A stretch of 64,000 nt of DNA. It comes from a virus. A model generated the notes under the pieces. That model did not search any database, was not told the origin of the DNA, and saw only the letters and a list, made by a program, of their open reading frames with translations. The position numbers were made by a program, and so were the translations under genes. Positions 1 through 8,211 of this stretch are shown here, piece after piece (the stretch's first letter is position 1; every line of letters begins with the position of its first letter). The stretch is taken from positions 6,984 through 70,983 of the IMG/VR virus record IMGVR_UViG_3300020159_000786. One strand, written 5' to 3'.

Positions 1-105
1 TGCAAGTTCTTTAGATATTCTTGTTGGATCATTTCCCTTTAAATACTCTTCAACAACCTTATTTACTCTATCTAGATGTTGGACTAATTCTTGTTCAGTT
101 GACAT
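1..105 (-). CDS. 5' part of a gene running off the window; HTH-like protein, possibly terminase small subunit
   Basis: ATG at 105 gives MSTEQELVQHLDRVNKVVEEYLKGNDPTRISKELA, overlapping the end of the previous gene; YLKG...ISKEL resembles the start of an HTH. Confidence 0.5.
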   Translation of the reverse strand, partial: MSTEQELVQHLDRVNKVVEEYLKGNDPTRISKELA

Positions 106-1039
106 TGTTTTTTCCCTTATATATATCATACAGCATATTTGCCCACACGTAATGAAATGCTGTCCCATAGTGTCTTCCATCTCTTGCAATCATGGCAAAT
201 TTATCATCTGGATTGTTGCTAATATAGTCAAATATTTCTTTTTCTATTTTAATTAACGTGTTTTTGTCAGTAGTTACGTAATAATTATCCAAATCACACA
301 TTTTTAAAAATGAATCTGTTCCATCAACATATGAAAATATATATAACTCTATGTTGTTATTTTTACAATATACCTCTAAAAACATTAAATATTGATATAT
401 GTATATTAAAAGTGTATGAGAAAACAAAGATATGCTGCTTGGATCTTTAGCCATAGTGTGTCTATAATGTTCATTTAATAAATAAAACAGTTGACTTGGA
501 CCTACTGGCTTGTTTAAGTCTTCAGTATTTTTTGAACTTATTGCGTAAAACCTATTTAAATCTGGTAAGTCTAGAAATATAGAGTCTGGATTTCCATAAG
601 TATTAATATATTTAAATGTACTTGCAACAATATCAAAAACACCTTTCCCTGGATTTCCTATATTATAATATCCAGAAAGTTTTACATTTTTAGAAATTAA
701 ACTATAAAGCAAATATGACCATGTTTCTTTTGTGTACAACCCCTGTCCAAATGTAACCGAGCAACCATTAAACAATATGTGTTTACCAACATGTTTTTTA
801 GTAAATTCATCCGACCTAAAACCATCTTTATTTGGCAAAAATGAATCTTCTGGAAAGTCAGTCCACATACTATTATCAAATTTATTGTTACTGTTTTTAA
901 TTAAATTATCCCATCCAATTAATTTTTTTGTAAATGGAAATTCTACCTTTTGATTTTCCAGTATAGACTCATTTTTTTCTTTTGATATTTTATCAAACTC
1001 TTTATTTAAAGTTTGATATATGCTATCACTATTGCTCAT
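95..1039 (-). CDS. SGNH/GDSL-like hydrolase or acyltransferase
   Basis: Block I-like ILFNGCSVTFG, block II-like NIGNPGKG and C-terminal DGRH (DxxH). Confidence 0.6.
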   Translation of the reverse strand: MSNSDSIYQTLNKEFDKISKEKNESILENQKVEFPFTKKLIGWDNLIKNSNNKFDNSMWTDFPEDSFLPNKDGFRSDEFTKKHVGKHILFNGCSVTFGQGLYTKETWSYLLYSLISKNVKLSGYYNIGNPGKGVFDIVASTFKYINTYGNPDSIFLDLPDLNRFYAISSKNTEDLNKPVGPSQLFYLLNEHYRHTMAKDPSSISLFSHTLLIYIYQYLMFLEVYCKNNNIELYIFSYVDGTDSFLKMCDLDNYYVTTDKNTLIKIEKEIFDYISNNPDDKFAMIARDGRHYGTAFHYVWANMLYDIYKGKNNVN

Positions 1040-1040
1040 C

Positions 1041-1313
1041 TTATGTTTCCTTATTATAAATTTTTGAAACCTTTAAAAGTATTAGATATCCAATTAGATC
1101 GTCTATATCATTATCTCCATAGTATTCTGATCCTCTTGATATTCTAGAAAGTTTGTCATCAATTCTTATTTTAATTTGTTCATCTGAACTTGCTTTAGAA
1201 AAAACTCTAACTGGATCAAGTGCTGAATCCCCATATGATTTATTTTTTTCAATAAGCATACTCTTAATGTTGTCACAAATATTGGCAATTGTGTATTGAG
1301 TTGTTGTAGTCAT
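1041..1313 (-). CDS. Nucleotide-modification-associated domain 1 (DUF1599-like) protein
   Basis: KNKSYGDS...IRIDDKLSRI...DDLIGYLIL signature. Confidence 0.7.
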   Translation of the reverse strand: MTTTTQYTIANICDNIKSMLIEKNKSYGDSALDPVRVFSKASSDEQIKIRIDDKLSRISRGSEYYGDNDIDDLIGYLILLKVSKIYNKET

Positions 1314-1468
1314 CTTTTTGATTTCCTTAATCCAAACTTTGCCAAATATACGTATACTGTTTCAACACTACAGTCACACTCTTTAGCAATTTCTTCTGGT
1401 GATTTTCTATCCATAAGATATCTTTTACGCATAAAAATTTCACTAGTGTACATTTTACCAGAACTCAT
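1310..1468 (-). CDS. Small HTH DNA-binding protein (52 aa, not in ORF track)
   Basis: Manual translation MSSGKMYTSEIFMRKRYLMDRKSPEEIAKECDCSVETVYVYLAKFGLRKSKR; fills the gap exactly, with an ATGA overlap. Confidence 0.75.
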   Translation of the reverse strand: MSSGKMYTSEIFMRKRYLMDRKSPEEIAKECDCSVETVYVYLAKFGLRKSKR

Positions 1469-1469
1469 A

Positions 1470-2114
1470 TTATTTTTTATCCTCTATATCAATAATATCA
1501 TAATTATAAGAATTAGAGTCTTCTGTAACCCACTTATTATACCCTTCGACATCCCAAGCATTTGTGTTAATTAATCTATCTATTACTAAAGATTTTTTAG
1601 TAACAAACGATGGCTCATATAAACGAACTCTATTATTTGGTTGGATAGCAAAGTTACCATCATCACGTTGAATAACATGACCACACTTGTGCTGCCCTGG
1701 GTTTTCAGAGTATCCATCATCTAGCACATTACTATCTGGATTATGCCAGTCTAGCGTAAACATATATTTTCCAAAAACATTTTGTTTAGTTCTATCTAAA
1801 TAAGACATTTTCATGTTGCTTAAATTTTCAAACTTTGTTACTGATATGTGTGAACTAAAGGAATTCCAAAGAACAAGATTATACAAAGGTTGTTCTGGAG
1901 TATTTGGTTTAGTGCAAAAAGCACTGATTGGCATTCTCCACCAAAGTCCACCGTCTTCCATTAAGAAATGAAACAATGGACTTCTTGATTTTACACTTGA
2001 CACACCAAAAATTACCACAGGAAAATATTGATCATGAGAGTCTTGTTGATCTCTTAAAAAATTACCCCTAACATAACACTCTATTGGTGGAATGTTTGCA
2101 TTTAACTCTGGCAT
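1470..2114 (-). CDS. Conserved phage hypothetical protein
   Basis: 214-aa ORF coupled to its neighbours; LNANIPP...HKCGH...QPNNR motifs, function not recognised. Confidence 0.7.
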   Translation of the reverse strand: MPELNANIPPIECYVRGNFLRDQQDSHDQYFPVVIFGVSSVKSRSPLFHFLMEDGGLWWRMPISAFCTKPNTPEQPLYNLVLWNSFSSHISVTKFENLSNMKMSYLDRTKQNVFGKYMFTLDWHNPDSNVLDDGYSENPGQHKCGHVIQRDDGNFAIQPNNRVRLYEPSFVTKKSLVIDRLINTNAWDVEGYNKWVTEDSNSYNYDIIDIEDKK

Positions 2115-2701
2115 TATTCTTCAATCCTCATTGCCTTGTTCCAATTGTTAATAGCCCAATGACCTATCGCACAGGCATCAGCAACATCATTATCACTTAT
2201 ATTTTTATCATATATAGTATTAACAAACCTTATAGTTCTTTCTTTCCTTAAGTTTCTTTCATAAGTTTTATACCAAGACTCTGATTTACCAGGGTTTTGA
2301 TTTATAATTAGTATCTTTTCTTCTTTAGATATCTTCTTGTTACCTATAAAGTTTTGCCAAGTGATTGGTGATACTGATCCTACTATTGATACCCCGCAAA
2401 TTTTAAGGGCACCAATAATAGCACCCTGAACTAAGGCTAGGTCTGCAGCAGTTTTTGGACTATTCATAAACACTGTATGCTCTATAACAACAGCATCTAT
2501 TTCATAAAGATCAAATAGGGCTTGAGTTTTTATACAAGCATCTCCAACTTTTTCATAGGTTGTGTTTCCAGTAAAGTTAACTTTTCCAAAAAATCCAAGT
2601 TGTTTATTGTTATAAACAGAAAAAGCCAAATTATTTGTACTTGCATCTATTGCACAAATATTATTAGGCATAACTTCTATACCCCACTTATTCTTTGTCA
2701 T
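2114..2701 (-). CDS. ruvC: RuvC-like Holliday junction resolvase
   Basis: ICAIDASTN, VVIEH and DVADACAIG acidic catalytic motifs. Confidence 0.8.
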   Translation of the reverse strand: MTKNKWGIEVMPNNICAIDASTNNLAFSVYNNKQLGFFGKVNFTGNTTYEKVGDACIKTQALFDLYEIDAVVIEHTVFMNSPKTAADLALVQGAIIGALKICGVSIVGSVSPITWQNFIGNKKISKEEKILIINQNPGKSESWYKTYERNLRKERTIRFVNTIYDKNISDNDVADACAIGHWAINNWNKAMRIEE

Positions 2702-2972
2702 TAATAATAATCCTAAGTTTCTTTAAAGCCCTTACTACCTCTACAGGATTTATTAAACAAAATGTACATATTGGTTCATCATTATATATAGACAAATCGT
2801 TTTCACAGTTTTTACATTTTCTTACTTTTCCGATACGTTTTTGTCTTTTAGCAACAATATATCTAGAAGCAATTTTTTCTTTTGTAGCCTGTTCTCTACA
2901 GATATCGCTACAATAAATTTGATATGTTACCTTTGTTTCAAAAGTTTTTTCACATCTTTTACAATTCTTCAC
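2688..2972 (-). CDS. Zinc-finger protein
   Basis: Four Cys pairs (CKRC, CSDIC, CKNC, CTFC). Confidence 0.7.
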   Translation of the reverse strand: MKNCKRCEKTFETKVTYQIYCSDICREQATKEKIASRYIVAKRQKRIGKVRKCKNCENDLSIYNDEPICTFCLINPVEVVRALKKLRIIINDKE

Positions 2973-3798
2973 CCAAGGTCTCCAAGGAATCTATTTTAAT
3001 AGTTCCCGCATCTGCTTCAGAGCATGCTTTTTGAATTGGACATTTTGCACAAATTTTTGAGTTGGATCTATAATTTTTTTTAGGAATAGTTTTATCAACC
3101 CATGCTTTGCGAACTGTTTTCATCCAATCAAATGCCTGGTTAACCCACCTACGGTAATGATCGTTTAATTCAACAGGAAGTGTAAGTAATTCATGATTAT
3201 TTTTATTTTCATAAATTAAAACACCTTTGTCTTTTTTAAATACTTTCATATAAATAAGAATTTGTTTTAAATGATCTGTTTTTGGTTTTCTATGAATTTT
3301 CCTATACTCAAAACCTTCGCTTGGTACAGTTTTAATTTCACCAACTATATCAGTTCCATTGTAGTGAAGCATTGCATCTGCAAATCCATTTATAGGAGGA
3401 TCTTCAGATCTAACTGCTAATTCCAATGCTGGATGCTCTTGTTGGTTATACTTTCTTGGCTCTGGATCAAACTCTAAATCTTCAGCAAGAACTCCAGACT
3501 TTAATAAAGCATCTTGAATTCTACCGTGACTTAAGTTACCACCTGTTCTATTTGCAACACCATAGGCATCTGCATTGTCTTCCCATACAGTTCCTTCAAA
3601 AGCAAGATACCAAAACCTTGCACACTCTCCATGATTCCATACTATAGTTGATGGAGAAAAACTATATTTTTTTGCATACTTAGGCTTTAACCCTACAGTA
3701 TATCCTTTTTCAATTGACTCAATTAAACCCTTAGTAAAGTCTATATCGTCATTGTGTATTTCTTTTTTAACCATAACTTGCTGTAGTAAATTTTTCAT
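2959..3798 (-). CDS. Cas4-like PD-(D/E)XK exonuclease
   Basis: N-terminal ECAR, GFAD...GEIKT nuclease core, QILIY and C-terminal CAKCPIQKAC Fe-S ligands. Confidence 0.85.
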   Translation of the reverse strand: MKNLLQQVMVKKEIHNDDIDFTKGLIESIEKGYTVGLKPKYAKKYSFSPSTIVWNHGECARFWYLAFEGTVWEDNADAYGVANRTGGNLSHGRIQDALLKSGVLAEDLEFDPEPRKYNQQEHPALELAVRSEDPPINGFADAMLHYNGTDIVGEIKTVPSEGFEYRKIHRKPKTDHLKQILIYMKVFKKDKGVLIYENKNNHELLTLPVELNDHYRRWVNQAFDWMKTVRKAWVDKTIPKKNYRSNSKICAKCPIQKACSEADAGTIKIDSLETLGEEL

Positions 3799-3826
3799 TG
3801 TTATCCTTTTAGTATAGTATAGCAGA

Positions 3827-4153
3827 CTATCGTGTAATGTATTTAAGTGCAGAAACTAAATCATTAATTGATTCTGCAGCAGTATAATATATATTCTTTT
3901 TTGCCCTATCGTTTTTATCAACATTTGTCATCCAGGTTGCTTTAAAGGCCATCTTTGCTGCAATAGCCTGTAGTCTAACAATTTCTATAGTTGCTACATT
4001 CATTGGTATATCTGGTTTAATTATTACTTTTGCAATAAAGGTTAATGCTGTGGTTAACTCTTCATCTTGCATATATTCCGCTATTTCAGCAAGACCATTA
4101 ATCATTTCTAAAGTTGTTTTATTGTTTTCAATTTCCAAGACCAAAACCTCCAT
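3827..4153 (-). CDS. Hypothetical helical protein (true start probably a few codons downstream)
   Basis: 108-aa ORF in operon context. Confidence 0.65.
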   Translation of the reverse strand: MEVLVLEIENNKTTLEMINGLAEIAEYMQDEELTTALTFIAKVIIKPDIPMNVATIEIVRLQAIAAKMAFKATWMTNVDKNDRAKKNIYYTAAESINDLVSALKYITR

Positions 4154-4895
4154 TTACATTATCTAATATGCCAAGACTTCTTCCTTCTTCATGATATTGT
4201 GACCAACTTTTTTGAAATTCTGGCATCTGATTTAAGGATGTGGTATAAGCATTTCTTACCTCTGGATCTGCAAGTGGATTATTTTCCCCTGTAAATCTAT
4301 AATTGTCTATAGGACAATAATCAAAACTAACAATTTCCACAAACTCTCCTGGCTTCCAATGTCTTTTAGGTCTCCAGTGTATTTGATTAACTGCACTAAA
4401 AAGCATTGCATCACCATTTTTTAAATCATAATGTTTTCCATCAATAACTAATTGCCAATCGTCAACATTTCCACCAATTTGATAATTAAAGGTTACTAAA
4501 TTTTCGTCTGCATCTATATGTGGAGGGAGTGAGGGAGCATACACTGAGTCTCCAAACTGCATATCATATCTTATATAATTATAATGACACAGTTTTAGTT
4601 CTTCTTTATAAACTGGTATCGCATATGAATCCATAACTTCTTCAATTTGTTTAGGGCATTCAAACTCTATTAATTGTCTAGACATATGTTTGATCTTTTT
4701 AGGATAAAACCGATTCATTTTAGAAATAATCTCAGAATCTATTTCTACTAAATCATCAACCTTTATATGTTTATTTATTTCAATAGCATTTCTTAATATA
4801 GATATTTCTTCTACACTAAATGGATTATTAATATATATTGGCAACTCTTTGTTATATTTTTCAAAACTAGTCAAATATTTGTGAACTTTTGTCAT
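4128..4895 (-). CDS. 2OG-Fe(II) oxygenase family protein
   Basis: PSLPPHID (HxD) and distal QIHWRP His in a DSBH-like region. Confidence 0.75.
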   Translation of the reverse strand: MTKVHKYLTSFEKYNKELPIYINNPFSVEEISILRNAIEINKHIKVDDLVEIDSEIISKMNRFYPKKIKHMSRQLIEFECPKQIEEVMDSYAIPVYKEELKLCHYNYIRYDMQFGDSVYAPSLPPHIDADENLVTFNYQIGGNVDDWQLVIDGKHYDLKNGDAMLFSAVNQIHWRPKRHWKPGEFVEIVSFDYCPIDNYRFTGENNPLADPEVRNAYTTSLNQMPEFQKSWSQYHEEGRSLGILDNVNGGFGLGN

Positions 4896-5530
4896 TAGTA
4901 TTGTCCATGAACTGGGTTTTTAGATATTCCAAAAGTATTTAACCAAATCGTTGATTTCTCACTAACTCTCTCTCTCATTTCTTTTTTATGATCCTCAGAT
5001 AATGGTGAATCATTTTCTGCTGGAACAAAATGCATAAAAAGCATATCTAAGTATTCACCTTTTTCAAAATTACGTTTTGGTCTCCAATGAACTTGATGTG
5101 TTCCACTAAATGTTATGGCTTCGTTGTCATTTAATGTAAATGATTTTTCTGATACCCAATCATCTACGATTATGTCCCAAGAAACGTTGGAATCAAGTTG
5201 TAAATCTAAAGTAAATCTTTTGCTATCAAAAGCCTCATCTGTATGTGGATGCAACAATGGGTTATGCATCAGTGTCTTACAATCTGATATTGCCTTGTGA
5301 TATCTAGAAAGGTTATATTCCTTTAATATAAGTTTTTCTTTAGCGACTGCTTCGGCACACTCGGTTAACTTACCAATTAAACTATCAGGTAATTGAATAT
5401 GCCAACTTGTGTAGGAAAGGTCTTCTTGAAAACTTTTATTAGTTGTTTGATCTAAAATTTTATATATTTCAAAAATTTCTTCATTACTTAAAACATTTTT
5501 AATAATAACATTTGGTATGTCTTTTCTCAT
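4895..5530 (-). CDS. 2OG-Fe(II) oxygenase family protein
   Basis: PLLHPHTD and HQVHWRP; paralog of its neighbours. Confidence 0.75.
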   Translation of the reverse strand: MRKDIPNVIIKNVLSNEEIFEIYKILDQTTNKSFQEDLSYTSWHIQLPDSLIGKLTECAEAVAKEKLILKEYNLSRYHKAISDCKTLMHNPLLHPHTDEAFDSKRFTLDLQLDSNVSWDIIVDDWVSEKSFTLNDNEAITFSGTHQVHWRPKRNFEKGEYLDMLFMHFVPAENDSPLSEDHKKEMRERVSEKSTIWLNTFGISKNPVHGQY

Positions 5531-5564
5531 TTTTCTCCTTTTTATATATTATACACTATACCTT

Positions 5565-6209
5565 TTAAATCTTTATTGGCTGATTGCTTATTCCTGTACT
5601 TTGAACAAGTCTATGTGACCAATACTCTAATATTTCTTTTTGATTTTTACTCCATGGTTTTTGTTTAGCATATGCAAAATGTGCAAACAACATATCTACA
5701 CAATCATCATCTGTTAATGTTTTATTTTCTCTCCAATGTATTTGTTGAGTACCTGAAAAAATTAAAGCATCGTTGTTGTTAAAATAATAATACATTCCTT
5801 CAACTATAACTGCCCACGGAAAAGTAGAATTTAACTGAATGTCTACCGTAATTCTTTGTCCATCTTTGTCGTGTGTATCATAGTGTGGAAAGAGTTTTGG
5901 CTCATATCCAAACTTTCTTGAATATCTAGCAAAAGAGTACTCTTTTAAAACCATCTCTTCACCAATTATTTTACTAACATGTTCATTTAAATATTTTTCT
6001 AGTTCTAAAGATTTAAATGACCAAGCCCTATGTCCAACAAAATTTTGATCTATATATTTATTTTTTACTTTTTCAACTTCTTTATAAATGTGATCACTTT
6101 GTTCTTTAGAAATAATGTCTTTAATTATTAATGGACTAAAGTTTTGATTATCTACATAACCATTTTCATAATCTTCATTATATTCTGCGGGATCAAAATT
6201 ATTAGTCAT
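5565..6209 (-). CDS. 2OG-Fe(II) oxygenase family protein
   Basis: FARY...PKLFPHYD and QQIHWRE; start moved to MTNNFD at 6209 to avoid a long overlap. Confidence 0.75.
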   Translation of the reverse strand: MTNNFDPAEYNEDYENGYVDNQNFSPLIIKDIISKEQSDHIYKEVEKVKNKYIDQNFVGHRAWSFKSLELEKYLNEHVSKIIGEEMVLKEYSFARYSRKFGYEPKLFPHYDTHDKDGQRITVDIQLNSTFPWAVIVEGMYYYFNNNDALIFSGTQQIHWRENKTLTDDDCVDMLFAHFAYAKQKPWSKNQKEILEYWSHRLVQSTGISNQPIKI

Positions 6210-6753
6210 TAGCAGGCATTTCGAACCAAAAGAAGAACATGTTAAGAAATTCTTCATTTTCAAACTCTTTAGGTTTTCTTCCATGAAACTGAACGCTTGG
6301 TTGAAAGATAACAGACTGATTGTCAACTAGTTCATATTCATTTTTATCTATAACCAAAGCCCACTGAGTATTTGACTCAAACTGATAATCTAAGCAAGCA
6401 TTGTTTCCTTTTCTATCAAAATGCATTTCTAATATAGGATTGTTTCCATATTTTTTATCGTATTCGCAGTATGTTGCTCCAACATATTTACAATCTGCAT
6501 ATTCATCTTTTACAACTTTTGTTAATTTACTTATAATATTTTCTGGAATATTTATTGACTCTATTAATAACCTACCCCTGTCACCATCAATTCTTATAAC
6601 ATTGTATTCTTCTGGATCAACAATTACTCCATCATCTCCATGTATTACAACCCCCATTAATCTATTTTGTTTTTCATAAATAATTACATCTTTGAGTTGT
6701 TGTCTTTCTTCGGCACTAAGCAAAGCATTAAATACTTTATTTTTTAAAATCAT
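6202..6753 (-). CDS. 2OG-Fe(II) oxygenase family protein
   Basis: PILEMHFD and VQFHGRK; ATG at 6753 lies 6 nt after a TATAAT (leaderless). Confidence 0.7.
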   Translation of the reverse strand: MILKNKVFNALLSAEERQQLKDVIIYEKQNRLMGVVIHGDDGVIVDPEEYNVIRIDGDRGRLLIESINIPENIISKLTKVVKDEYADCKYVGATYCEYDKKYGNNPILEMHFDRKGNNACLDYQFESNTQWALVIDKNEYELVDNQSVIFQPSVQFHGRKPKEFENEEFLNMFFFWFEMPAND

Positions 6754-6760
6754 ATATATA

Positions 6761-7051
6761 TTATACACCACTATCTTTTATTAATTGTTCTAAAATATCC
6801 ATCTCAATAATAGCCAATCTAACTTTAGTATTACCTTCTCCCAAAACTACAACTATTGCTGGATCCATATTTTTTTTAATAGCATCTGTTACAGCCTTAG
6901 CCCAAACCTCTTTATTTAAAGTAAATGATTTAGATACTTCTTTAAAATCAATTACAAAGTTGTTCCAAGATGCATCACCCTTTACGGTGTTTCTTCCTGA
7001 ATTCTTGTGTTGCTTGGCATTTATTCTTTTACTTTCGCTTTTCTCGCTCAT
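6761..7051 (-). CDS. Small PD-(D/E)XK nuclease (Hjc-like resolvase)
   Basis: E...NSGR...KGD...VIDFKE motif arrangement. Confidence 0.6.
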   Translation of the reverse strand: MSEKSESKRINAKQHKNSGRNTVKGDASWNNFVIDFKEVSKSFTLNKEVWAKAVTDAIKKNMDPAIVVVLGEGNTKVRLAIIEMDILEQLIKDSGV

Positions 7052-7211
7052 AATCCTTCTTTGTTTTTGTTTTTAAAGATACCTCACTTAAGTGTTTGTC
7101 TTTACACATCCAGGTTAATTTTTGTAAATGTGGGTAACACCTTAAAGATAAAACCTCTGTTTTACAAGTATGACAAGGAAACTTACCATTAAACAATACG
7201 TAATTAGACAC
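7029..7211 (-). CDS. Small zinc-ribbon protein
   Basis: CHTC...CKDKH; overlaps both neighbours. Confidence 0.6.
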   Translation of the reverse strand: MSNYVLFNGKFPCHTCKTEVLSLRCYPHLQKLTWMCKDKHLSEVSLKTKTKKDYEREKRK

Positions 7212-8211
7212 TAAGTTTGTTCTTAATCATATCTTGAAGATCAAGATCCTCTCTTACTCTATCTATAAACGCTTCTCTACCCTGAATCTTTGTACCGTCG
7301 TCAAGTTGATACCAAGCACCTGTTCTATTTATAATCCCAACATTTTCTGCAGTATCTACAAGATCACCTATAGCATCTACACCTAGGCCATCACCTCTAA
7401 AATAAAAATCATATTCTCCTGACTGAAATCCTGGAGATGTTTTAGAAAACTGTAATTCCCATCTAATTTTTCTACCAATTTTTTCTTCTATTAATTTGTC
7501 ACCAATTTTTATCTTTCCTTTAAGTGCTTGATTATCTGATTCGGAAGAAAACAACTTAATCACACATGATGAATAAAACTTGGTAGCCTGTCCACCAGAT
7601 GGTTGTTGGCTAGTATACATTGCATTAATATTATTTCTTGATTGAGAAATAAGAACTAATAACGTTGGCTTTACTTTATTATTTGCATAATTTAACATTT
7701 TCCATGCATTACTAAAATCACGAGATTCAGCACCAATTTGTTTTGTGTTTTCTAATGCTTTCATTTCATCAGTATCTTTTTCAAAATAAATTGCAGGAAG
7801 CATAGATGTTATTGAATCAACAACAATTAAATCCACTCCAGCATTCATTAGTCCAACACCCACATCAACCATATCACTGATAGTTCTTGCTTGTGAATAA
7901 ATAAGTTTTTCTGGATCAACACCAAGCGACTTGGCCCAATCTTCAGAATATGACATTTCTGAATCAATCCAAGCACAAACCTTTCCTTCTTTTTGTGCAA
8001 GAGCAATCATTTGTAAACACATCGAAGATTTTGCAGAAGACTTGCTTCCCCAAATTAAAACCTGTCTACCATATGGAAGTCCTCCACCAAGTGCACGATT
8101 TAAACCAAAACTGGGTGTAGGTTGATATTCAAAATTTACCCCAACTCCGTTGCCAAGTCTTTTGCGTAACTTAGGATCTAACTGTGATAATACTTCTTCT
8201 ACGCTAACCAT
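7204..8211 (-). CDS. recA: RecA/UvsX-like recombinase
   Basis: LGGGLPYGR, AWIDSE, LIVVDS, GGQATKFYSS and GAWY motifs; variant Walker A GSKSSAKS. Confidence 0.92.
   Translation of the reverse strand: MVSVEEVLSQLDPKLRKRLGNGVGVNFEYQPTPSFGLNRALGGGLPYGRQVLIWGSKSSAKSSMCLQMIALAQKEGKVCAWIDSEMSYSEDWAKSLGVDPEKLIYSQARTISDMVDVGVGLMNAGVDLIVVDSITSMLPAIYFEKDTDEMKALENTKQIGAESRDFSNAWKMLNYANNKVKPTLLVLISQSRNNINAMYTSQQPSGGQATKFYSSCVIKLFSSESDNQALKGKIKIGDKLIEEKIGRKIRWELQFSKTSPGFQSGEYDFYFRGDGLGVDAIGDLVDTAENVGIINRTGAWYQLDDGTKIQGREAFIDRVREDLDLQDMIKNKLSV

Noticed and set aside
2959-3798. Cas4-like gene as part of a CRISPR-Cas system
   Set aside because: No other cas genes or array; stand-alone Cas4-like nucleases are common in phage recombination modules.
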